Source: Anaerolineae bacterium
GTDB taxonomy: Bacteria; Chloroflexota; Anaerolineae; 4572-78
NCBI GenBank assembly: GCA_965199695.1
Contig: OZ241372.1
Location: forward strand, 3,729,782 to 3,793,781
DNA length: 64,000 nucleotides
Direction of reading: 5' to 3'
Below, one piece after another: positions 1 to 8,583 of this stretch (positions within the stretch are counted from its first letter, which is position 1; each line of letters starts with the position of its first letter). The notes under the pieces are model-generated. The model did no database searches, was not told the origin of the DNA, and saw nothing but the letters and a program-made list of their open reading frames with translations. A program made the translations under genes and the position numbers.

Positions 1-926
1 TCATCAATTTAATGGAACCACACTTGCCTTATAACCCGCCTCATCGTTTTATCAATCGTTTTGCCCCCTACTTTAAAGAAGATCGAGAAGTCCGCGATTT
101 CATCAATCAATACAATATTCAAGCTTTCCGTTGGCTGTTCCCCTTGGAAGAGCGTTTCAAGCCTAAAGAATCAGCGATACTCAACGACATGTATGATGCT
201 GAAGTCATGTATCAGGATCATCTCCTAAGTCAAGTCTTGGAATTTATTAGCCAACCTGAGATCGCCGATAATACCTTGACGATTATTGTCGGTGATCATG
301 GGGAGGGCTTAGGCGAACATAATTTCATGGGCCACTCTTTTGTAGCTTATCAAGAATTGGCCCATGTACCCTTAATGATTAAATTTCCAGGCCAGACAGG
401 GGGCCAGCGCATTGAAGAAACTGTCTCCACCCGTCGTGTTTTCCACACCATGCTAGAGGCAGCCGGTCTCCAACTTTTCGAGACAGAAAATCGCCCCGCG
501 AGTGATGTGAAACAATTGAGCCTCACCCGCACCGTACAAGGCCAAGACCCAGAGCAGGGGTTGGTTTTTGTTGAAGCCTATGCCCCAAATAACTTTTTGG
601 CGATGATGGAAACGCATGCTCCGCAACTGATTGAAACCTTTCATTGTAAACTCAATCGACGGGCTGTCTTCCAACAAAAAAATAAGTTGGTCCGCATTGA
701 TGGGGTTCAAGACGAATTATTTGACTTAACCCAAGACCCGCTTGAACTGCACGACATTATTGATCAAAAGCCAAAACAAGCGAGCAAACTTTCTGGCAAA
801 ATTGATGCTTTCCTGGCCAAAGCCCTTGCCCGTCGTCCCGACACCTGGCAGGCTAATCAAACCCTTAACTTAGAAGAAAACGAAAGCCTAGCCCAACAAC
901 TACGGTCCTTAGGCTATATGGAATAA
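1..926 (+). CDS. sulfatase family protein, C-terminal part (5' end outside window)
   Basis: Contains the sulfatase signature IIVGDHGEGLGEH (GDHG metal/active-site region) about 95 aa into the frame. That motif normally lies about 300 aa into a sulfatase, and there is no in-frame stop upstream in the window, so the gene is truncated by the window edge. Confidence 0.6.
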   Translation, partial: INLMEPHLPYNPPHRFINRFAPYFKEDREVRDFINQYNIQAFRWLFPLEERFKPKESAILNDMYDAEVMYQDHLLSQVLEFISQPEIADNTLTIIVGDHGEGLGEHNFMGHSFVAYQELAHVPLMIKFPGQTGGQRIEETVSTRRVFHTMLEAAGLQLFETENRPASDVKQLSLTRTVQGQDPEQGLVFVEAYAPNNFLAMMETHAPQLIETFHCKLNRRAVFQQKNKLVRIDGVQDELFDLTQDPLELHDIIDQKPKQASKLSGKIDAFLAKALARRPDTWQANQTLNLEENESLAQQLRSLGYME

Positions 927-961
927 GAATTAGCAACGAGTAATTAACAATTAACAAATAT

Positions 962-1017
962 TTGCTAATTGCTGATTGCTAATCGCTAATCGCTAATTGC
1001 TAATCACTAATTGTCTA
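962..1017. repeat. 8 x 7-nt tandem repeat T(T/C)GCTAA immediately upstream of lgt
   Basis: ttgctaa ttgctga ttgctaa tcgctaa tcgctaa ttgctaa tcactaa ttgtcta read directly from the sequence, with perfect 7-nt periodicity. Confidence 0.8.
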
Positions 1018-1028
1018 TAGAGGTTTTC

Positions 1029-1925
1029 ATGATCGATCCAATCATTTTCACCATTAACTTAGGTCCAATCAGTTTACCCATCCGCTGGTATGGCGTTTTA
1101 ATTGTGTTAGGCTCTTTAGCTGGGGCTTGGTATGCCAGTTGGTATTTCAAGCGACGGGATCAAGACCCTGAAATCGTGTGGGATGTTTTAATTTGGCTTC
1201 TCATATCCGGCATCATCGGGGCCCGGATTTGGTATGTCATCGCGGATATAATTGGCGGTGATTCACGGTATCTGGATAGCCCTATGCAAATTATTCGGAT
1301 CGACCAAGGTGGGCTGAATATTTTGGGGGGTCTCATTGTATCTGTGATCGTGGCGATCATTTATACCAAACGCCACAACATCGACTTCTGGCTTTTGGCT
1401 GATGCCTGTGGCCCTGCATTGTTAATCGGACAGGCAATTGGTCGCTTGGGAAATTATATTAATCAAGAACTTTATGGGCCCCCCACCAACCTGCCTTGGG
1501 GGTTGACTATTCAGGCTGAACACCGCCTCGCCCCCTGGAATGACTTAACGCAATTTCCGGTCGAAACAACTTTCTTTCACCCAACCTTCGCCTACGAATT
1601 AATTTGGAATCTGGTTATGGCTGGGATATTAACCTATATCATCATTTTTAAGAAAGAATGGTTTAAGACGGGTCTCATCGCTGGGGGAGCCTTGTTGGCA
1701 GCAGGTGTTGGGCGCACTTGGATTGAATTTTTCCGCCCTGATCAACCCAGTTTCTTCGGAGCCCCCTTCAGCACCTCTACGGTTATTTCTATCATCTTCG
1801 CCTTGCTAGGTCTCTTTATTATTTTGGTCAGAATAGGCAAACTAAGCGTACCCTTCTTATCTGAAGGCCAAGATGACTATGAAAAAGCGATCTCGCCCGT
1901 GCGCCGACCGGCCCGACAGAAATAA
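1029..1925 (+). CDS. lgt: prolipoprotein diacylglyceryl transferase
   Basis: Multi-TM protein with the Lgt signature G(R)LGNYINQELYG and a typical MIDPIIF...WYG N-terminus. ATG at 1029 is preceded by AGAGG; the ORF track's TTG at 1011 lies inside the 7-mer repeat. Confidence 0.9.
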   Translation: MIDPIIFTINLGPISLPIRWYGVLIVLGSLAGAWYASWYFKRRDQDPEIVWDVLIWLLISGIIGARIWYVIADIIGGDSRYLDSPMQIIRIDQGGLNILGGLIVSVIVAIIYTKRHNIDFWLLADACGPALLIGQAIGRLGNYINQELYGPPTNLPWGLTIQAEHRLAPWNDLTQFPVETTFFHPTFAYELIWNLVMAGILTYIIIFKKEWFKTGLIAGGALLAAGVGRTWIEFFRPDQPSFFGAPFSTSTVISIIFALLGLFIILVRIGKLSVPFLSEGQDDYEKAISPVRRPARQK

Positions 1926-1982
1926 CAGGTGTAAGTGCCTTATACCGCTTATCTTAGCTTTGTAAAAATATAAATAGTGTCT

Positions 1983-2414
1983 ATGATGGATAAATATAAA
2001 TCTCTTTTAATATCCTTCATCCTCATCACCTCAGTCTTATACGCCTGTGGTGATGAGGCCCCAGCCTCCAAGGGGCCAATTGTCGGCGATCTAAGTCGAG
2101 GCAAAGAAATTTTTGAGCAGACTGGCACCCTGTTGACCCCCAATTGCGACACTTGCCATACGGTTGAACCTGATGTCGTGAAGGCTGGTTCGCCCGCTTA
2201 TCTATGGGCCCAAACCAGTGCCGAGACCATTAAAAAATCGACGTATACTGGTCAAGCCACGACAGTTGAAGAATATTTACGCGAATCCATTCTCGACCCC
2301 AATCTCTATATTGCCGAAGATTATGTGGGCGGTATAATGTATGCCAAATATAGTGAACGCTTGAGTGAACAAGATATAGCAGATTTAATTGCCTATATTC
2401 TAAGTTTAGAGTGA
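1983..2414 (+). CDS. c-type cytochrome lipoprotein (single CxxCH heme site)
   Basis: Lipoprotein signal ...LITSVLYAC(G) and the heme-binding motif NCDTCH. Small at about 144 aa. Confidence 0.7.
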   Translation: MMDKYKSLLISFILITSVLYACGDEAPASKGPIVGDLSRGKEIFEQTGTLLTPNCDTCHTVEPDVVKAGSPAYLWAQTSAETIKKSTYTGQATTVEEYLRESILDPNLYIAEDYVGGIMYAKYSERLSEQDIADLIAYILSLE

Positions 2415-2485
2415 AGCGGAGCAGAGTAGCTAGGGGGCAAGATATTCCTGTGTAACTTTGCTCCTTGCTTATTCTAAGAGACAGC

Positions 2486-3313
2486 ATGACCACAGCAAAA
2501 CTTTCCCAAAAATTGACGCATTTGTGGCTCGACTGGCGAGACAGTTTAGGCGGGAATAAACGACCGCTGATCCCCCCTCGGCGGTTGATGTTTGAGGGTA
2601 CACCAGATCCGGCAGCCTTCCAGGCAGAAGGACGGGAATATCTTCATTATTATAAAACGCTATGTCAACTGCAACCTGAAGAACGCATGTTGGATGTCGG
2701 TTTTGGCATTGGCCGTAAAACCATCCCCCTAACAGACTATTTAACAGAGCAGGGGCGTTATTATGGCTTTGAGGTCAACTTGACTGGCGTTATCTGGTGC
2801 GAAAAACATATCACCAGCCAATACCCCCACTTTCAATTTCGCCATGACAAAATTCATCACCCCATTTATAACCCGAAAGGAAAATACAAGACCACAGATC
2901 ACTATTTTGCTTATGAACCAAAAGATTTTCACTTCGTGGTCCTGGCGACGGTTTTACCCCATTTATTGCCTGAAGCGGTGAAGCATTATATCGAAGAAAC
3001 TGAGCGGGTCTTAAAAAAGCGGGGACGCGGATTAATCGCTCTCTGGCTTTTAAATCAAGAAGCCCTCGACTTCATCCAGGCTATCGCCAAAGTCGAGGCG
3101 CATCAAGGCCAAAATAATTTTCATCATTCTCTTGGGGAACAGCGGACACTCGACCCAGCTATCCCTGAAAAGGGCATCGCCTATCAAGAAGATTTCGTTC
3201 TCGGCTGTATTGAACAGGCAGGGCTAAAGGTACAGAACATTTATTATGGTTCTTGGTGTGGGCGCAAGGAATTCTTGAGCTTTCAAGATATCATCACTGT
3301 CTCAAAACCGTAA
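2486..3313 (+). CDS. class I SAM-dependent methyltransferase
   Basis: Rossmann motif I LDVGFGIGR. ATG at 2486; the track start at 2465 is TTG. Confidence 0.6.
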   Translation: MTTAKLSQKLTHLWLDWRDSLGGNKRPLIPPRRLMFEGTPDPAAFQAEGREYLHYYKTLCQLQPEERMLDVGFGIGRKTIPLTDYLTEQGRYYGFEVNLTGVIWCEKHITSQYPHFQFRHDKIHHPIYNPKGKYKTTDHYFAYEPKDFHFVVLATVLPHLLPEAVKHYIEETERVLKKRGRGLIALWLLNQEALDFIQAIAKVEAHQGQNNFHHSLGEQRTLDPAIPEKGIAYQEDFVLGCIEQAGLKVQNIYYGSWCGRKEFLSFQDIITVSKP

Positions 3314-3389
3314 AAGTTTAGATTTACGCTTGAACGATTGTCAACCCAATCGTCAAGCTGAAAGCCTAAATCTATTGAGTGCCTCATCC

Positions 3390-3992
3390 TTACTTTATAA
3401 TCTTACTCCCACTTTGTGTCGCTTGATGGGCCATGATAATGGCATCAGCCACTTCATACATCGGTCGCCGATTGTTCATACTCATTTTCTGAATGGTTCT
3501 AAAAGCTTCGGCTTCTGTCATGGCTTTCGTATCCATTAAAATACCTTTAGCCCGGTCAACGACCTTACGAGTCGCTAAGGCTGCTTGTAAATCCTTTACT
3601 TCTTTGTGCATTAGATTAAATTCGGCAAAGCGGGCTAAGGCAATTTCAATCGCTGGACTAAGATCAGCTTCTTTGAAGGGCTTGACCAAATAACCCGCCA
3701 CGCCTGCCTCTCTGGCCCGATCAATTAAATCTTTCTGACTATAAGCTGTTAGTAGCACCACCGGGGCTATATGCTCTGTCGTCAAAATCTGGGTCGCATC
3801 AATGCCATCCAAACCGGGCATGCGAATGTCCATTATCACCAAATCGGGTTTAAGGTCTCGCGCTAATTGGACGGCCTTCTTCCCATCGCCTGCTTCAGCC
3901 ACGACCAGATAGCCCAGATTGTTCAACATTTCTCGCAAATCCATCCGAATGATTGACTCATCATCAGCAATAATTATACGCTTTCGTTCCAT
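3390..3992 (-). CDS. response regulator with receiver + ANTAR RNA-binding output domain (PdtaR-like)
   Basis: Receiver motifs IIIADDE...DLVIMDIRMPGLDG and a C-terminal ANTAR-like segment EAEAFRTIQKMSMNNRRPMYEVADAII. Overlaps the upstream kinase gene by 19 nt. Confidence 0.85.
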   Translation of the reverse strand: MERKRIIIADDESIIRMDLREMLNNLGYLVVAEAGDGKKAVQLARDLKPDLVIMDIRMPGLDGIDATQILTTEHIAPVVLLTAYSQKDLIDRAREAGVAGYLVKPFKEADLSPAIEIALARFAEFNLMHKEVKDLQAALATRKVVDRAKGILMDTKAMTEAEAFRTIQKMSMNNRRPMYEVADAIIMAHQATQSGSKIIK

Positions 3993-5521
3993 CCTTCTTC
4001 ACCTCCAAAAATTGATTTAAAGAACGTGATTGTGGCATTTGTGCCAGGGTGACTAGATAATTCTAACGATCCTTGTAAATCTTCTGTAATTAGATTTTTG
4101 GCAATCTGTAAGCCTAAACTATTGGTCTCATTTATATCAAATCCGGCTGGTAAACCAACGCCATCATCTTGGACGGTAATCATGACATGATCGCCTTCAT
4201 CCTCTAGCTGAATGGCTATCTGGCCTTGGTCCATCTCTTGAAATCCATGTTCAACTGCATTTTGCAAAAATTCATTGATAATTAAGGCACAAGCGGTGGC
4301 TTGTCGAGCAGGCAACCAAATTGAGGGGCCATCTAAACTAAACGTAATCGCTTTTTCAAGCGGCACAATACTCTGTTTAGACTGGGTGATAATCCGCTGA
4401 AAAACTTCTTTCATATTAATAGCCCAGGTACCCTGTTCGGATAAAAATTCGTGAATGACGGCCACACTTAAAATGCGGTTGATGCCGTCTTGCATGACGG
4501 TTAAGGCATCTTCATCAGTCACCCGACGGGATTGAATGCGTAAGAGCGCGGCAATTGTCTGTAGATTATTTTTAACGCGGTGGTGAATTTCCTGAATCAT
4601 AATATTTTTCATACGAATTTCTTGTTCTTTACGCAATTCTTCTGTTTTGTCACGAAGAACAAGTACAACGCCGACCAAGTTGTCCGTTAGACTAGACCGC
4701 GTGAAAATACGCCATATCTTCTCAAAAAAGTTTGGCTCCTCCAAAATAGGCAAGGATTTTCGAACCCAAGAACGCCCGCCGCTTTCTGTTTCCTCTTCTA
4801 CACAGACCAAGTTGATCATGGTTTGACGCGCAATGTGATCATCATGGGTGGCCAGATTCTCAATATTGATCCCCATCAAACCACCGACATACCCTAGTTT
4901 ACGATAGAGATTGGCGGCTATACCACTGGTATAGCGAATAAATCCCTGTTTATCCAGAACGACCAAACCTTCATGTTCCCCAAATTGAGATAGACTTTCC
5001 GCATTGGTCAGTTGGCCTTTGATGAGCATGTGGTGTAGTTGGCGTAAAGCTTTGCGAAAAACAGGGCTACGGCGGCGGTGTCGCTCATACTCAATTAGAC
5101 TCAAATTAATGCTGACCGCCCCCAAAATCTGTTTTTTGGTATCAGGACAAGGGATGGGCAGAACTTTTATCCTGACCATTGCCCCATCACCAAAACTATC
5201 TTTAGTTGAAACGCCTCTTTGGATACGGCCTGTTCGTAGGGCTTTGACGACCAAAGGAACTTCCGAAGCAATCATGAGTTGGTTGGTCCGATCATGTAAA
5301 TAAACGGGAGCCACGGAATGAGGTTGCTCATGGGCTAACACCTTTGTTTTGCCAGCTACGAGTGGGCCATACAAAAGCGTATCAGCCCGACTCAAATCGG
5401 CAATAATACTGAGATGAGTTTTGATTTGATCTACAAATAATTGCTGTTTGTCTGTGAGATGATCGGCCACGATGCCTGAGTATCCATACCTACAGCAGTA
5501 AATGGGGTAATCAGTGTTCAA
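3974..5521 (-). CDS. sensor histidine kinase, GAF/PAS + HisKA_2 + HATPase (PdtaS-like)
   Basis: HisKA_2 H-box EIHHRVKNNLQTIAALL and HATPase boxes NEFLQNAVEHG, DDGVGLP, SLGLQIA. Start is uncertain: the track's TTG at 5596 overlaps a terminator hairpin, so a TTG at 5521 is proposed instead. Confidence 0.75.
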   Translation of the reverse strand: MNTDYPIYCCRYGYSGIVADHLTDKQQLFVDQIKTHLSIIADLSRADTLLYGPLVAGKTKVLAHEQPHSVAPVYLHDRTNQLMIASEVPLVVKALRTGRIQRGVSTKDSFGDGAMVRIKVLPIPCPDTKKQILGAVSINLSLIEYERHRRRSPVFRKALRQLHHMLIKGQLTNAESLSQFGEHEGLVVLDKQGFIRYTSGIAANLYRKLGYVGGLMGINIENLATHDDHIARQTMINLVCVEEETESGGRSWVRKSLPILEEPNFFEKIWRIFTRSSLTDNLVGVVLVLRDKTEELRKEQEIRMKNIMIQEIHHRVKNNLQTIAALLRIQSRRVTDEDALTVMQDGINRILSVAVIHEFLSEQGTWAINMKEVFQRIITQSKQSIVPLEKAITFSLDGPSIWLPARQATACALIINEFLQNAVEHGFQEMDQGQIAIQLEDEGDHVMITVQDDGVGLPAGFDINETNSLGLQIAKNLITEDLQGSLELSSHPGTNATITFFKSIFGGEEGWNESV

Positions 5522-5582
5522 TACTTCGTGGGCTATTGAAGGTGGACTGAATACTGATGTCTCATCATAACTAAACCACGAC

Positions 5583-5610
5583 CAAAAAAGTCTCAAACGC
5601 TTTGAGACTT
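5583..5610 (-). terminator. rho-independent terminator downstream of fmt
   Basis: Perfect 9-bp stem AGTCTCAAA/TTTGAGACT (5589-5597/5601-5609) with a 3-nt loop, followed on the minus strand by a T-run (plus-strand A-run 5584-5588). Confidence 0.55.
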
Positions 5611-5664
5611 TGTACCATATTTAGAGCCAATAATTATACCGCAGACACTTTAAGCGAGCAAAGG

Positions 5665-6588
5665 CTACAACTGAGACCCAATAAAATCCTGCGCTCCATT
5701 GATGAAGTCACGGGTCGCCATTGTACGCTTATTTGGCGGTTGAATTTGGTCCAGCCTAACCGCCCCATCAGCCGTTGCTACTGCGACATCATTCTCTAGC
5801 TTGAAAATGCTGCCAGGTGGTAAATCAATTGACTCGTTCAAATATGGCCTGACCGAAATAATTTTTAGCGGCTTATTGTGCCAAATGGTAAATGCACTAG
5901 GCCAAGGATGATAGGCCCGAACATGGCGTTCCACAGCTATGGTGCTTTGTTTCCAATTGATTAGACCATCATGCTTATGCAGTTTGGGTGCTAAGGTGGC
6001 TAAAGTCTCATCTTGAACTTGAGTTTCAAGTTCTCGAGCAAACCAATAAGGCAAGGTGTCTATGATTAACGCTGAACCTAAGGCGGCTAATTCATCTGTT
6101 AGACTGCCGCCTGTATGTTCGAGCGTAATTGGCACGGCTCGGCGGCTCACAATCGGTCCAGTATCAAGACCACGATCCATGTGCATAATGGTGACACCTG
6201 TCTCAATATCGCCTGCCCGAATCGCTGCGGTCACAGGCGAAGCCCCTCGCCAACGCGGGAGAAGTGAGGCATGAATATTCAGACAGCCATATTCTGGGAG
6301 ATTGAGGACCTTATTTCGCAAAATATGACCAAAGGCAGCCACAATGATCACATCAGGGGCTAAGGCTTTCAGAGCAGCCTGAATGTCCCCCATTTTATGA
6401 GGCTGGAGAACAGGTATCCTAACAGACTCAGCAAATTGTTTCACTGGCGGCGGCATAAATTTACGACCCCGCCCCCTGCGTCGGTCTGGCTGCGTGACCA
6501 CAGTGCTGATGGTATATGTTTGATGTAGTTTTTTTAAGGCAGGCACGGCAAAATCTGGGGTGCCCATGAAGATGAGGCGTTTTGACAT
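5665..6588 (-). CDS. fmt: methionyl-tRNA formyltransferase
   Basis: N-terminus MSKRLIFMGTPDFAVP and the formyltransferase core NIHASLLPRWRGASP. Confidence 0.9.
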   Translation of the reverse strand: MSKRLIFMGTPDFAVPALKKLHQTYTISTVVTQPDRRRGRGRKFMPPPVKQFAESVRIPVLQPHKMGDIQAALKALAPDVIIVAAFGHILRNKVLNLPEYGCLNIHASLLPRWRGASPVTAAIRAGDIETGVTIMHMDRGLDTGPIVSRRAVPITLEHTGGSLTDELAALGSALIIDTLPYWFARELETQVQDETLATLAPKLHKHDGLINWKQSTIAVERHVRAYHPWPSAFTIWHNKPLKIISVRPYLNESIDLPPGSIFKLENDVAVATADGAVRLDQIQPPNKRTMATRDFINGAQDFIGSQL

Positions 6589-6930
6589 GGCGTTGCTCTT
6601 TGTTTTGGATGGACTTTCAAAAAGATATAATAGTATACCCCAAAAGCATAAGAAGTGCTACCCCACTGACAATCGCCAAAATATAGCCAGATAATCTCAC
6701 AGACCCTACACATCTAAAAGCATCCTAACCTGATAATCAGAATATAAAGGCTGAATTTGCCATTTTTAAGCAGTGGTGATACATTTCGTGTTTATCAAGC
6801 CTTTCAAATTTAGGAATGAATGAAATTCGCTTTTGATGATATTTGAGGCAAATTGGTTAATAATCTTGCCTGAATGATTGAATAATGAATAGTTGATTTA
6901 TTATTCTACAAATTCATAGGATGGAAAATA

Positions 6931-8367
6931 ATGATGACTGAAAACCAAGAAGCTTTACCCAAGATTTGGTACGATGAACATAATGAGACGATTTATATCG
7001 GGGACGAAAAGGTTGATGACTTGTCGAAGATGCAACAGACGATTTTACAATTCTTGATCCAAAATCCCTTGGTCAGACATGATCAATATGTCTTGATGAA
7101 TTTGGTCTGGCCTGATCCGCATACCCATAAAGAAAGTACGCCCAACGCTTTGCAAGCCCATATTTTTCAAATTCGGAAACGGATTGAACCAGACCCCGCC
7201 CCCAAACATGCCCGTTATCTGATTACTTGGTATGGTAGCCCCGGCGGCTACCAATTTTTCCCTGAAGGCAGGCCCGAAGTCCCAGCCTTAACGGTGTCCC
7301 CAACCTTTGAGGGCCTTCCAGAAAAAGTGTGGATTGAAGAACAAACACAGAATTTGTATCAAGGTGAGACCTTGCTGCAAGGGCTTTCAGATAGACAATT
7401 TACGCTTTTACGCTATTTTGTGGAGAACCCCTATGTTAAACATACTAGAGAGAAGCTCATTGAGGTCGGTTGGACGGATAAGGAACAGCAAAAGGGGGTG
7501 AATATTAATGCTTTACAGGCCCATATTGTGTATATTCGGAAACGAATTGAGCCTGACTTTTCTCATCCCCGCTTTTTAGTCACTTGGCATGGACGTGCAA
7601 CGACGGGCTACCAATTTTGGCCAGAAGGCATTGCTAAATTGCCGCGTCAAGGGCTAACAGGTCAAGACATCCCCGCTGAAAATATTTTATGGTACGATGA
7701 GGTTACGCAAAATTTATATCAAGGCCAATCTTTAATTCAAGGGCTATCTGAACGACAATCTTTGCTTTTGCGCCATTTGATTCAAAATCCCTATATCGAG
7801 CATAGCCGTCATATATTAATGAAGGAAGCTTGGTCAGAGATAGAACGCAATGAAGGGGTGACTCCCAATGCGCTCCAAGTTCATATTTATCAAATTCGGA
7901 AACATATTGAACCGAACTTAGAGATACCGCGCTATTTATTGACCTGGAAAGGGAAGCCCGGCGGTTATTACTGTGTGCCAGAGGGTCAAAAGCAGCATGC
8001 AGCAGCCTCGGCGAATGGTCATCGAGAACGACAGGGCGAAATTTGGTTTGACGAAGCCTCGCAAGGCATTTTTCAGGGTCAGACTTTGATTGAATCTTTA
8101 TCCAAAAAGGGCTACGCTTTGTTGAAGTTTTTAATTGAAAATCCACGGGAAAAGCTCCCCCAAGCTGCTCTCATTGAATACCTGGAGGCGGATAAGAAAC
8201 CAAAAGATATAGCAGTTAAAGCCCTTTATCGTCATGTAGAGCAGGTACGCAAGCAGATTGAGCCTGACTTGAGACGACCAAAGTATCTACTCACCTGGCA
8301 TAGCCGACCCGGCGGCTATCAATTTTTTCCAGATGGCAACCCGGATGAAGAAGCCCAAAGTGCCTGA
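6931..8367 (+). CDS. protein composed of four tandem OmpR/PhoB-type winged-helix DNA-binding domains, no receiver
   Basis: Four units of about 100 aa (aa 11-113, 132-233, 252-352, 370-469), each ending ...NALQAHI(F/V)QIRKRIEPD...RYL(I/L)TW.G.PGGYQF(F/W)PEG. This matches the trans_reg_C pattern (LRKKIE...TVRGvGY). Confidence 0.7.
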   Translation: MMTENQEALPKIWYDEHNETIYIGDEKVDDLSKMQQTILQFLIQNPLVRHDQYVLMNLVWPDPHTHKESTPNALQAHIFQIRKRIEPDPAPKHARYLITWYGSPGGYQFFPEGRPEVPALTVSPTFEGLPEKVWIEEQTQNLYQGETLLQGLSDRQFTLLRYFVENPYVKHTREKLIEVGWTDKEQQKGVNINALQAHIVYIRKRIEPDFSHPRFLVTWHGRATTGYQFWPEGIAKLPRQGLTGQDIPAENILWYDEVTQNLYQGQSLIQGLSERQSLLLRHLIQNPYIEHSRHILMKEAWSEIERNEGVTPNALQVHIYQIRKHIEPNLEIPRYLLTWKGKPGGYYCVPEGQKQHAAASANGHRERQGEIWFDEASQGIFQGQTLIESLSKKGYALLKFLIENPREKLPQAALIEYLEADKKPKDIAVKALYRHVEQVRKQIEPDLRRPKYLLTWHSRPGGYQFFPDGNPDEEAQSA

Positions 8368-8370
8368 GCG

Positions 8371-8574
8371 ATGCCTGAGAAATCTATTCAACTCGACCAA
8401 TTTTTAAAGTTAAATGATATTGTCTCGACAGGCGGACAGGCAAAATTACTTATTCAGCGTGGTGAAGTGAAACTGAATGGAGTCATTGAGACAAGACGCA
8501 AAAAAAAATTATATGACGGTGATATCATTGAGCTATTCGAACAATCTTGGGTGGTGGAATTTGTCGAATATTAG
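8371..8574 (+). CDS. S4-domain RNA-binding protein (YbcJ-like)
   Basis: LDQFLKLNDIVSTGGQAKLLIQRGEVKLNGVIETRRKKKL matches the YbcJ/S4 pattern. Start lies 4 nt after the preceding stop. Confidence 0.7.
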   Translation: MPEKSIQLDQFLKLNDIVSTGGQAKLLIQRGEVKLNGVIETRRKKKLYDGDIIELFEQSWVVEFVEY

Positions 8575-8583
8575 TGTCTATGC

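Noticed and set aside
5522-5596. N-terminal 25 aa of the kinase ORF as given in the track
   Set aside because: Begins with TTG and overlaps the fmt intrinsic terminator hairpin. A shorter protein is more likely.
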